A stretch of 64,000 nt of DNA from an uncultured Gammaproteobacteria bacterium (GCA_964503465.1 CAZCYZ010000001.1:129702-193701), one strand, 5' to 3'. Shown: positions 36,676-45,281, numbered from the stretch's first letter. Translations and numbers: made by a program. The notes: a model not told the origin generated them from the sequence alone.

Positions 36676-38841
36676 ATGAACAAACAAACATTTGATATTT
36701 CTATTGGCAGTCAGGTTATCACTTTAACCACTGGCTACCTTGCTCCTCAAGCCACCGCTGGAGTGTTGGCCAAATCCGGCAACACTGTCGTTTTGGCCAC
36801 TGTGGTTATGGGTAAGGTCGATGAAACCAAAGATTATTTTCCCCTTTCAGTTGAATTTGCCGACAAGCTTTATGCTGGTGGTGTGATTAAAGGTGGCAAA
36901 TGGGTCAAACGCGAACTCAATCCATCAGACAATTCAATCCTCTTTGGTCGAATCATTGATCGTTCGGTTCGCCCTTTGTTCCCAGCTGATTTCCATCACG
37001 AGGTTCAAATCATTGTTACTGTTTTAAGTAATGACAAGGAAAATGACGTTATTGTCCCGGCTTTCTTGGCCGCTTCTACCGCTTTAAGTATCTCCAAGAT
37101 TCCTTTTAATGGTCCTGTATCCGCTATCCGTGTAGCCCAGGTTGATGGCAAACCAATCGTCGGTCCGACCTCGTCCACCCTCCAGTCATCAAAATTTGAT
37201 CTGCTCGTTTGTACTGGGGTTGCTGGCGTCAACATGATCGAGGCCAGTGCCGATATTGTTGACAACCAAACCATGTTAGATGCCATTACCCTAGCTAAGG
37301 AAACAGCTGATCAGGTTAACCAGCAAATTCAGGGGATTGTTGCCAAAATTGGTCAGGAAAAAGTTAAATACGAATCATATGCCCCATCAGACAAGTTATT
37401 GTCGGAAATTGAGAAATTTGTTAGCCAAGATCTAGTCGAGTTTTTCAAGAATGGTATGGATGGCAATCATCAAACTGCCGAGGAACTAATTATTGATAAA
37501 GTTCTAGAAAAATATCAAGCCCAAATAAAATCAGAAGAAATTACCAAAACCCAACTAATTTCTGCTGTTGATATCTTGGTCGGCCGATACTTTCGACAGC
37601 AAACTCTTGCTGGTCAGCGCTATGACAAGCGTCAATTTGACGAAATCAGACCACTTCACCTTGAAGTTGGAGTTCTTCCCTGTACTCACGGTAGTGCCCT
37701 CTTTCAACGCGGCCTGACTCAAGCCTTAACTACCACCACTCTTGGGCCTCTAGCCGACAAACAATATCTCGAAGACTCGATGGGTGAAACCACCAAGCGT
37801 TACCTTCACTATTATTCCGCTGCTCCTTTTTCTACAGGTCAAACCGGTCGCTTTGGCCGTCCTGGTCGACGGGAAATTGGCCATGGTGCCCTAGCCGAAA
37901 AAGCTCTTATACCAGTCATCCCTTCGGAAGATGACTTTCCTTACACTATCGTCTTGACGTCCGAAGTAATGTCTCAAAATGGCTCATCCTCTATGGCCTC
38001 TACTTGCGGCTCGACCCTTAGTCTTCTTGATGCTGGTGTTCCCATCAAGGACAAAGTTGCTGGCATCTCCGTTGGTATGATTTCCGACAATAGCGGTAAA
38101 TATATTCTGCTAACCGATATTGCCGGGATCGAAGATCATCATGGTGACATGGATTTCAAAATTACTGGTACCAAGAATGGCATTACTGCCATTCAGCTTG
38201 ACATCAAACGTCCCGGTTTGACTCTACCAATGATTGCCGACACTTTTGTTGCTAGCACCAAAGCCAGACTTCAAATCCTCGAAACGATTGAAAAAACCAT
38301 GCCTACCCCTCGTCCACAACTGTCTCCATTTGCTCCAAAAATTAAATTGGTCAAAATCCCAGAAGACAAAATTGGTGAGGTCATTGGATCAGGGGGCAAA
38401 ACTATCAAAGCTCTGATGGTCAAGTATGCAGTTCAAATCGATATTGACGATGATGGTCGGGCTTCAATCTCATCTCTTGACGAAACCAGTATTGCCAACG
38501 CTGCTTTTGAGATCGAATCCATGGTTAGAGATATTAATGTTGGTGAGGAGTTCGATGGTATTGTTACTCGCGTCGAAAACTTTGGTGCTTTCATTGAATT
38601 TTTGCCAGGCCGTGAGGCTCTACTGCATGTCTCTGAAATGAGTGGTGGATTTCTATCTGACCCATCGACCATCATCAAGGTTGGGGATCCAATCCATGTC
38701 AAAGTTTCTGGTTTTAACGACAACCACCAAATCAAATTATCTGCCCCAGCTTTTAAAGCCGCCCACCCTGGTCAACCCAGAAGCAATAATCCCAGTCGGG
38801 TCCAATTTTCCAAATTCTCTTCTCCTCGTCCCCATCGCTAA
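36676..38841 (+). CDS. pnp: polyribonucleotide nucleotidyltransferase (PNPase)
   Basis: 721 aa with two RNase PH domains (GSALFQRG, GRREIGHGALAEKAL), a KH domain (IGEVIGSGGKTIKAL) and an S1 domain (GIVTRVENFGAFIEF). Confidence 0.96.
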   Translation: MNKQTFDISIGSQVITLTTGYLAPQATAGVLAKSGNTVVLATVVMGKVDETKDYFPLSVEFADKLYAGGVIKGGKWVKRELNPSDNSILFGRIIDRSVRPLFPADFHHEVQIIVTVLSNDKENDVIVPAFLAASTALSISKIPFNGPVSAIRVAQVDGKPIVGPTSSTLQSSKFDLLVCTGVAGVNMIEASADIVDNQTMLDAITLAKETADQVNQQIQGIVAKIGQEKVKYESYAPSDKLLSEIEKFVSQDLVEFFKNGMDGNHQTAEELIIDKVLEKYQAQIKSEEITKTQLISAVDILVGRYFRQQTLAGQRYDKRQFDEIRPLHLEVGVLPCTHGSALFQRGLTQALTTTTLGPLADKQYLEDSMGETTKRYLHYYSAAPFSTGQTGRFGRPGRREIGHGALAEKALIPVIPSEDDFPYTIVLTSEVMSQNGSSSMASTCGSTLSLLDAGVPIKDKVAGISVGMISDNSGKYILLTDIAGIEDHHGDMDFKITGTKNGITAIQLDIKRPGLTLPMIADTFVASTKARLQILETIEKTMPTPRPQLSPFAPKIKLVKIPEDKIGEVIGSGGKTIKALMVKYAVQIDIDDDGRASISSLDETSIANAAFEIESMVRDINVGEEFDGIVTRVENFGAFIEFLPGREALLHVSEMSGGFLSDPSTIIKVGDPIHVKVSGFNDNHQIKLSAPAFKAAHPGQPRSNNPSRVQFSKFSSPRPHR

Positions 38842-38862
38842 AATTTTTGTATACTCTATCTA

Positions 38863-39924
38863 ATGCCCGATTCTCCGTTAACGATAGATGAAGCTATTAA
38901 TAGGCTGATTGCCAAGTCTCAGTCAGTTAAGTTACCCCCTGGTTTACTTAGCAAACTCGAAGAACTTTTTGGGGAATTACGAATCAATGCTAACTCGCCC
39001 CAGACTTTCTGGCAAAGTTATCAAGTGGTCAGCAAATATCTCGACTGGATTGTTTCCCTTCCTTGGTTTTCCAAAACTGACGACATCCTTGATATTGATC
39101 ATGCTCGTCAACAGTTAAATCTCAATCATTATGGCCTTGATGCTGCTAAAGAAAGAATTCTTGAGTTTATTGCTGTTCTTGCTCTTCAGCAACACCGTCA
39201 TCCGGAAGCCAAACCTCATGCCCCAGTACTTCTTTTTACTGGTTTGGTTGGCACCGGCAAAACCACTCTTGCCCGTTCCATTGCTCACGCCCTTGGTCGT
39301 CAGTTTATTCGTATTCCTTTCGGCGGTTTGGGGGACCCTCTCTATCTTCGTGGTCGTTCTCGAATTTATCCCGAAGCCGAGCCTGGCGCCATCATCAAAG
39401 GTCTAATATCAGTCAAAAGTAACAACCCGGTTATCTTATTGGACGAGATCGATCGTATTGCCGACGATGCCCTCAACACCATTATGGGAGTTTTGGTTGA
39501 ACTTCTTGATCCGGAACAGAACAATCATTTTGTTGACCATTATCTTGATTATCCTTTTGATCTTAGCAATTGTCTTTTTTGTGCCACTTGTAATAACACC
39601 ACTCGTATTGCCACTGCCGTTATGGACCGGCTCGAAGTTATCCAAATGCCTTCTTACACTGACGAGGAAAAGACTATCATCGGCCGTGACTATATTCTCC
39701 CCAAGGCAATTATCGAATCCGGACTCAATCCGGAGGAAATTACTATTTCTCCTGACGTTTGGCCAAATATTGTCCGGCCGTTAGGTTTTGATGCCGGTGT
39801 CAGAACTCTTAAACGCAATATTGAAGGATTGTGCCAAAAAGCCGCTCGTCAAATTCTTGAAGGTCGAGCTCAAAAAATTACTATTGATGACTCCAATGTT
39901 AAATTATTTGTCCCCCAGTGGTAA
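38863..39924 (+). CDS. stand-alone Lon-type AAA+ ATPase module (no LON N-domain, no protease domain)
   Basis: Motifs YLDWIVSLPW, HYGLDAAKERILEFIAV, Walker A GLVGTGKTT, RGRSRIYPEAEPGAII and Walker B VILLDEIDRI. The ORF ends right after the AAA+ lid, and no Ser-Lys protease domain lies downstream. Confidence 0.75.
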   Translation: MPDSPLTIDEAINRLIAKSQSVKLPPGLLSKLEELFGELRINANSPQTFWQSYQVVSKYLDWIVSLPWFSKTDDILDIDHARQQLNLNHYGLDAAKERILEFIAVLALQQHRHPEAKPHAPVLLFTGLVGTGKTTLARSIAHALGRQFIRIPFGGLGDPLYLRGRSRIYPEAEPGAIIKGLISVKSNNPVILLDEIDRIADDALNTIMGVLVELLDPEQNNHFVDHYLDYPFDLSNCLFCATCNNTTRIATAVMDRLEVIQMPSYTDEEKTIIGRDYILPKAIIESGLNPEEITISPDVWPNIVRPLGFDAGVRTLKRNIEGLCQKAARQILEGRAQKITIDDSNVKLFVPQW

Positions 39925-40003
39925 AGTTTCCATTCCTTTCAGTCCTGCTTCTTTGCGTTGCTTTTGTCATTCTTCTCTTTACTCTCTCTCCATTTTTTCC
40001 TAA

Positions 40004-40588
40004 ATGAAACAAGACCCATTTCTTATTCCCGTTCTACTGGCCATTATTTTTGTTTCTATTTTGGGCAATATTTATCTTTATTTTCATAAAAATATCAATT
40101 TCTCTCCCACCCCATTTGACACCAGCATTCTTATCACTCCTACTCTTTACCCCTCCTTGGTGCCAACTATCCCAGCCACCACTTCGACCTCGGTTAATGG
40201 ACTTGTGACATACACCAATCGGGAGGATGGCCTAAGTTTTCAATATCCCGAAGATTGGTACTTTGATGGTGGTGTCCTCTCAAACTATGACCCATCCAAT
40301 AGAGGTCCAGTAGAATCCCACCAGGGTGACATTAAGTGTGACCTGTTTGCCGCCAAGTTTGTGGATGAATCGACGTTGGTTGGGACAAAACAACTCAAAA
40401 TCAATTCAAAAAGTACAATTTACCAATCTAAACTACAATCCGAATTATATGAAGATATTTTTTACACTGTTTTTAGCATTTATTCCCCAAATAAATCAAA
40501 GTTAAATCATTTCATCTGCTACTCACTCGCCCAAAACCAGATTCAGGCCTTCTATAAGGTACTTAGCTCTTTTGAATTTATCAACTAA
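40004..40588 (+). CDS. membrane-anchored exported protein, family shared with 40588-41214 and 57711-59633
   Basis: It has an N-terminal TM helix, IPVLLAIIFVSILGNIYLYF. The domain starts with YTNREDGLSFQYPEDW and ends with FYKVLSSFEFIN. Confidence 0.6.
   Translation: MKQDPFLIPVLLAIIFVSILGNIYLYFHKNINFSPTPFDTSILITPTLYPSLVPTIPATTSTSVNGLVTYTNREDGLSFQYPEDWYFDGGVLSNYDPSNRGPVESHQGDIKCDLFAAKFVDESTLVGTKQLKINSKSTIYQSKLQSELYEDIFYTVFSIYSPNKSKLNHFICYSLAQNQIQAFYKVLSSFEFIN
40040..40080 (+). repeat. 41-nt perfect direct repeat (second copy 40633-40673) encoding the shared TM helix
   Basis: gccattatttttgtttctattttgggcaatatttatcttta is identical at both positions, although the rest of the two genes has diverged. 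Confidence 0.9.
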
Positions 40589-41214
40589 TGTCTACTAATT
40601 CATTAAGTCCAAAACTAGTACCCATTCTCCTCGCCATTATTTTTGTTTCTATTTTGGGCAATATTTATCTTTACTTTACTCGGAACCAGCCATTTACTCC
40701 TTTAGTTCCCGATACCAGTATTTTTATCACCCCCACTCCTTATCCCCCAACTGCCACCCCAATAACCCGGCAACAATATCAACACTCCCGACTCAAGTAC
40801 CAAATTAGTTACCCTTCATCCTGGCAATTAGAAGTCGACGGGCAATACCCGGATATAGTTAACCTTACTCTCGGTGATCTGGCTAGAATTACTATCGACC
40901 CTACCAACCAACTACAAATTACCCCCACGATTAAACAGTGGGTCGAAAAAACTAACCATCAAACCTCCACCGATCCCAATCGCAAGTCATTTTCGTCGCT
41001 TTTAACCATTCTTCCCGATGACGGTCTCATTACCAATCAAGTGGGTAAGTCACTTGTCATTTTGGACGAAGGTTTTTTTGAACAAAACGGCAAGCAATAT
41101 CTTTTTACTCGCGGTAATACAATTTATAATCTTACCGCTGTTTATTACGGTGAAAACTCTTCAGCCTCCATCGACATCAATGGCATCGTTTCTAGTCTCA
41201 AGTTTATTGATTAG
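40588..41214 (+). CDS. membrane-anchored exported protein, tandem paralog of 40004-40588
   Basis: It has the same TM helix, VPILLAIIFVSILGNIYLYF. The domain starts with LKYQISYPSSW and ends with IVSSLKFID. Its start overlaps the upstream stop. Confidence 0.6.
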   Translation: MSTNSLSPKLVPILLAIIFVSILGNIYLYFTRNQPFTPLVPDTSIFITPTPYPPTATPITRQQYQHSRLKYQISYPSSWQLEVDGQYPDIVNLTLGDLARITIDPTNQLQITPTIKQWVEKTNHQTSTDPNRKSFSSLLTILPDDGLITNQVGKSLVILDEGFFEQNGKQYLFTRGNTIYNLTAVYYGENSSASIDINGIVSSLKFID

Positions 41215-41243
41215 TTGCAATTCGTAGCCACAAGTGTTACAAT
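41215..41243 (+). promoter_or_regulatory. candidate rnj promoter
   Basis: TTGCAA (41215-41220), a 17-nt spacer, then TACAAT (41238-41243). This would leave a 5' UTR of about 90 nt containing a 7-bp pairing, GACCCGA (41279-85) with TCGGGTC (41320-26). Confidence 0.5.
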
Positions 41244-41338
41244 ACCCTTCAAGCTTCTGAATACGGTTACACACATTCGACCCGACGTTTCCTAAGCAAT
41301 TTATATTATTTTAGTCTTTTCGGGTCTATTATTTTTGT

Positions 41339-43075
41339 ATGAATCAAATCAATCAATTTCAGGGTCTAAAAAACCCCGTTCGTCAGTTTAACTCCCAAAA
41401 CGATTCAGTTCGTATTAGTTCACTGGGCGGTTTTGGTGACGTTACTCAAAACATGTTCGTTTATGAGTATGCTCCCAATGGTGACTTTACCAAAAGCGAA
41501 ATTATTATTGTTGACTGTGGTGTCGGTTTTCCCGAAGAAGACGCTTTTGGTGTTGATCTTCAAATTCCCGATACTACTTATCTTACCGACAAGAAAGATC
41601 GAATCAAAGCTATTTTTATTACTCACGGTCACGAGGATCATATTGGTGCTGTCAGATTTATTTTGCCAATTTTGGGTAAGGATATCCCCATTTATGCCCC
41701 TCGTCTGGCCGCCGCCTTTATTCAGGCTCGTTTGGAAGAATTCAACATTCGTCCCAAGCTTGAAGTAATTCAAGATGGTATTTCTATCATCAAAAGTCCT
41801 TTCACTGTTGAGCCAGTTCGAGTAACCCACTCCGTCCCTGATACTTATCATTATGCTATTCACACCCCAGTTGGTATTTTTTACCACGGGAGTGATTTCA
41901 AGTTTGATCTTTTCCCTCTCGACGGTGTTCAGGCTGATCTCCGTCGTATTGCCGCCGTTGGTGGTCAGAATGTAGTTTGTCTTCTTTCTGATTGTCTCGG
42001 GGCCGATCATGAAGGCTATTCGCCCTCCGAAGGTGCTATTGCCGAAAACTTTGAACGAGAAATAAAAACTGCCAAAGGGCGAGTCTTTGTCACTGCCATC
42101 AGTAGTAACATTGTCCGTTGGAGTCAGGCTATTGATTGTGCCAAAAAAGTTGGTCGTAAAATAGTTATTGTTGGTATGTCGGTTGACAAGGCCATTAGAA
42201 TTGCCAAAGAGCTGGGTTATGTTCATTTGGTCGAATCCGATATCATTCCCGTCGAGAAAGTTCGTAATTTTTCTGACAACAAACTAATTTTTCTGACCGC
42301 CGGTTTTGCTGGACAACCAGATTCGGCTCTTTCCAAAATGACTATGGGCAAACATCGGATCAAAATAAAATCTGGTGATAAGGTTATTTTCTCTTCACCC
42401 GATTACATTCCCGGTACCACTACCGCCATTTTTGACATGATTGACAACCTTTCTCGGCTTGGAGCTGAGGTTGCCTACGGTGAAAAAGAAGAACTTCATG
42501 TTAGTGGTCATGGTTATCAAAAGGAACATGCTCTTTTAATCCAGCTACTTCATCCCAAATATCTTCTTCCCATTGGTGGCAACTACCGTCATGTCAAAAG
42601 TTATCAGACTATGGCTAAAAGTTTAGGTTTTAACGACAATCAGTTTATTGCTCCCGATCACGACTCTTCGGTCACTTTTCACGGGGATCGCTCCTTTGAC
42701 ACCAGCTTTAGAATCCCTCTTCGTAAAGTTTTGATTGACGGACTTGGGGTGGGGGATGTTGGCACTACCGTTCTTCGTGACCGTAAACTTTTAGCTGAAG
42801 ATGGTATGTTTAGTGTTGTTGTCTTAGTCGACAAAGAACATGGCAAACTTTACCAGGAGCCCGTTATTCTTAGCCGAGGTTTTGTTTTTGTCAAAGAAAA
42901 TACTGACCTTTTAAATTACTTAAAGCAGGAGGTTACCAATAAGTTTCAACAGCTTGCCAGCAAACCGGCTAATCTTGATTACATTCGCACCGAGCTCCAA
43001 TCGTATCTTGAGGGAATTATCATGGAAAAAACCGGCCGTCAACCTATGGTGCTACCTCTAGTTATCGAGATTTAA
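41339..43075 (+). CDS. rnj: ribonuclease J
   Basis: 578 aa with the metallo-beta-lactamase motif ITHGHEDHIGA, a beta-CASP region, HVSGHG and a C-terminal domain. Confidence 0.93.
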   Translation: MNQINQFQGLKNPVRQFNSQNDSVRISSLGGFGDVTQNMFVYEYAPNGDFTKSEIIIVDCGVGFPEEDAFGVDLQIPDTTYLTDKKDRIKAIFITHGHEDHIGAVRFILPILGKDIPIYAPRLAAAFIQARLEEFNIRPKLEVIQDGISIIKSPFTVEPVRVTHSVPDTYHYAIHTPVGIFYHGSDFKFDLFPLDGVQADLRRIAAVGGQNVVCLLSDCLGADHEGYSPSEGAIAENFEREIKTAKGRVFVTAISSNIVRWSQAIDCAKKVGRKIVIVGMSVDKAIRIAKELGYVHLVESDIIPVEKVRNFSDNKLIFLTAGFAGQPDSALSKMTMGKHRIKIKSGDKVIFSSPDYIPGTTTAIFDMIDNLSRLGAEVAYGEKEELHVSGHGYQKEHALLIQLLHPKYLLPIGGNYRHVKSYQTMAKSLGFNDNQFIAPDHDSSVTFHGDRSFDTSFRIPLRKVLIDGLGVGDVGTTVLRDRKLLAEDGMFSVVVLVDKEHGKLYQEPVILSRGFVFVKENTDLLNYLKQEVTNKFQQLASKPANLDYIRTELQSYLEGIIMEKTGRQPMVLPLVIEI

Positions 43076-43476
43076 AAATATTTCTCCAATCGTCTCAAAG
43101 TATCATCAGTAGGGGTATTAGATACTTGTCTGACCGCTAAATCCACTGACGTCCATCCGTCGCCACCGATTCTTTTAACCTGAATTCGACCTCCCTCTCT
43201 GTCGGCTACTCGACGCAGTTCTTGTTGTAGAGCGTGAAGTTCAGCGTAAGCCCTAGGCTCATCTAGTCCCCCGCCATGTAACCGTTGTCTTTTCCCAGAT
43301 ATCGTCACTATGGCTGTTCCATCTTTTCCTGCAGTTTTTAGAATATCCTCCGCTTCATCATATCGCACTCTAATCTTTGCCGGCTTTCTCGGGACTACTC
43401 TGTCCCTGGTTGGCCCCCAGTTAATCTCTTGAGCCTCTGCTTCGGTGGCTCTTCTAATCATCGTTACTGGACTCAT
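43072..43476 (-). CDS. orphan 134-aa Arg-rich protein, translationally coupled to the upstream cyclase gene
   Basis: Minus-strand ORF whose ATG overlaps the cyclase stop (ATGA). Its stop shares a palindromic TTAA with the rnj stop at 43072-43075. I recognised no family. Confidence 0.5.
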   Translation of the reverse strand: MSPVTMIRRATEAEAQEINWGPTRDRVVPRKPAKIRVRYDEAEDILKTAGKDGTAIVTISGKRQRLHGGGLDEPRAYAELHALQQELRRVADREGGRIQVKRIGGDGWTSVDLAVRQVSNTPTDDTLRRLEKYF

Positions 43477-44267
43477 TTTTTGAAATTAACCGGTAATCTT
43501 CTAATTTGAACCGTTGGTGTCGGGGCAGGGAATACCCTTGATCTAATTAAATTCTTTGTTTTTATTGGCAATTTACTCCAAGCAAATACCACCACTACTA
43601 CTATCAGGGCTAAATACAACAATTTCACAATTCCTGGAAACGATTCTTCCTCCGTGGTCCTGTCGCTGGTGTTGTGTTTGTCTTTATCCAAATTAGCATG
43701 TTGGTATGTCTTCTCGCTTCGAGCACTTTTGTGTTTATCCATTGCTCCCTCTTCTTGCAACACCTTATATACCTTTACCTGATCAGCAATTCCCTTAAGA
43801 TAACGATAACCAATCTCTGCCGTTGGCACCTCGTTTTTATTCATTGCCAGGTATACCGCTTCTGTGAAATACACCTCCCCCGGTTCGGCAATCGACTCGA
43901 TTCTTGAAGCAATATTGACCGGTTCCCCAAAAACATCATCGTCCTTAAGGTTTACTTCCCCAAAGTTCACTGCGATCCTTAGTTCAAACTTCTCATCTTC
44001 GTTCGCGTCATGGTTGTGCTTAGCAATTGTTTCCTGAACCTTGACTCCGCACAGTACTGCATTAGTCGGGGATTCGAAAGTTACCAAATAGGCGTCACCA
44101 ATAGTTTTAACTATTGTTCCATCGTACTGTCCAAATATTGGCCGCACCACTTCATCTTGAATCTCCAGTAAATGCTGTATTTCTTCTCGTGATTCAAGCG
44201 AAGTTCTGGTCGTAAACCCTTTCATGTCGGTAAACATTATCGCCAGCCCTTTGGTCTTTGCCCCCAT
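43473..44267 (-). CDS. class III adenylate/guanylate cyclase catalytic domain with a C-terminal single TM anchor
   Basis: Motifs: MFTDMKGFT (metal-binding Asp), VKTIGDAYLV (Lys and second Asp), RIAVNFGEV and FGEPVNIASRIES. After a linker comes the TM helix IVKLLYLALIVVVVVFAW and a short basic tail. Confidence 0.8.
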   Translation of the reverse strand: MGAKTKGLAIMFTDMKGFTTRTSLESREEIQHLLEIQDEVVRPIFGQYDGTIVKTIGDAYLVTFESPTNAVLCGVKVQETIAKHNHDANEDEKFELRIAVNFGEVNLKDDDVFGEPVNIASRIESIAEPGEVYFTEAVYLAMNKNEVPTAEIGYRYLKGIADQVKVYKVLQEEGAMDKHKSARSEKTYQHANLDKDKHNTSDRTTEEESFPGIVKLLYLALIVVVVVFAWSKLPIKTKNLIRSRVFPAPTPTVQIRRLPVNFKK

Positions 44268-44308
44268 GGCTTATTTTAACTCAAATATCTTTTGGTGTAG
44301 ACTTTTAT

Positions 44309-45031
44309 ATGGACAAAAAACATCCTCACCATCTTGGTCTTTTTATTCTTCTTGCCTCCATTATTTGGTCGTTTGCCTTTTATCGGGCTAAAGTCGTTAC
44401 TTCTCGTCAAACCATTTCTGTCACTGGTGTTGCTTATCAAGATGTTACTTCTGACTTAGCCGACTGGTCATTTACTCTAGAGCGTCGGGACTCAGGTCGG
44501 AAAAATAGTTACGACAATTTGTTGTCCGACGAGAAAAATTTTCTTGATCATCTTAAGAAACTCAACATTACCGATTCCGAAATCCGCAAAGGCACTTACC
44601 ACACTTTTCCTGTTTACCGTAAGGAAAACTATACCGATACCGACGAAATCATTGCTTACACTTCCACCATCAATTATTCCATTGTTGGTTCTGACATTAG
44701 TAAAATTGCCAACATTGCCGACAATATCAATGCCTACTTAATCGCCAATAATCTTACTCTCTCTCAAAACTATCAATCCTACACCTACAATCAACTCGAA
44801 GGGCTCAAGATCTCTCTCCTCGAAGCCGCTATCAAAAATGCCGAAAGTCGGGCCAAAGCCATTGGTAAAACTACTCATTCCCGAATTGGGAAGATCGTTA
44901 ATGCTTCCCAGGGGATTTTTCAAGTCAACCCCAGAAACGACTACAGTGTCTCCGGTGAAGGCAACTTTGATACTTCCTCCATTGGTAAAACTATCCGCGC
45001 CACTGTTTCGGTTGATTTCGAGCTCAAGTGA
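44309..45031 (+). CDS. SIMPL (DUF541) domain protein with N-terminal TM anchor
   Basis: TM helix LGLFILLASIIWSFAFY. The pattern ISVTGVAY...SFTLE...LEAAIKNAESRAKAIGK...IRATVSVDFELK resembles the SIMPL/DUF541 family. The ATG is at 44309; the track start at 44258 would overlap the cyclase gene. Confidence 0.6.
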   Translation: MDKKHPHHLGLFILLASIIWSFAFYRAKVVTSRQTISVTGVAYQDVTSDLADWSFTLERRDSGRKNSYDNLLSDEKNFLDHLKKLNITDSEIRKGTYHTFPVYRKENYTDTDEIIAYTSTINYSIVGSDISKIANIADNINAYLIANNLTLSQNYQSYTYNQLEGLKISLLEAAIKNAESRAKAIGKTTHSRIGKIVNASQGIFQVNPRNDYSVSGEGNFDTSSIGKTIRATVSVDFELK

Positions 45032-45040
45032 TGTCATAAT
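45012..45040 (+). promoter_or_regulatory. candidate promoter of the proS T-box leader
   Basis: TTGATT (45012-45017), a 17-nt spacer, then TGt-CATAAT (45035-45040, extended -10). Confidence 0.45.
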
Positions 45041-45046
45041 TCCCTC

Positions 45047-45183
45047 AAACCTATGAAACCGTTTCCCGCGGTGGAGGTGACGGCGACGAGCCGCTCCAGA
45101 AACAAACTGTAAAATATTCATCAAGAAGTAAATAGGGTGGTACCACGACGCTTGCGCTCGTCCCTAACAGGACGAGCTTTTTT
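45047..45183 (+). promoter_or_regulatory. T-box riboswitch leader controlling proS
   Basis: The conserved T-box sequence AATAGGGTGGTACCACGACG lies at 45131-45150. The antiterminator can be drawn by hand: helix A1 AGGG (45134-37) with CCCT (45162-65), a 7-nt bulge TGGTACC (45138-44), and helix A2 ACGA/CG (45145-50) with CG/TCGT (45055-61 offset +100, i.e. 45155-45161). A competing terminator lies at 45156-45183. Confidence 0.8.
45156..45183 (+). terminator. T-box terminator hairpin
   Basis: GCTCGTCC-ctaaca-GGACGAGC followed by TTTTTT. Its 5' arm overlaps the 3' strand of the antiterminator. Confidence 0.8.
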
Positions 45184-45281
45184 AGTTTCTTTAGGTCTAA
45201 TTTTAAACCGAAGGTGATAAAATTTGCCTAAAGACACAATCCCGATGGGCAGACAATGTTGGGATAGTTTAAAATTTGACT

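Noticed and set aside
41420-42226. 268-aa minus-strand ORF inside rnj
   Set aside because: It is fully antisense to a strongly recognisable RNase J gene. Its composition is low-complexity and Asn/Thr/Gly/Phe-rich, and it has no motif. It is a typical shadow ORF.
43072-43476. PilZ-like reading of the 134-aa protein (RKPAKIRVRY ... VTISGKR)
   Set aside because: The Arg spacing does not fit RxxxR, and the second motif has Thr where D/N is required. In addition, c-di-GMP is not made by class III cyclases. The resemblance is too weak.
43072-44267. Calling the cyclase pair a Pycsar or CBASS defence system
   Set aside because: The partner has no recognisable cNMP-binding, TIR, SAVED, patatin or TM effector domain. 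The TM helix is on the cyclase itself, and the Lys at the base-specifying position looks adenylate-cyclase-like. No basis exists for naming a known system.
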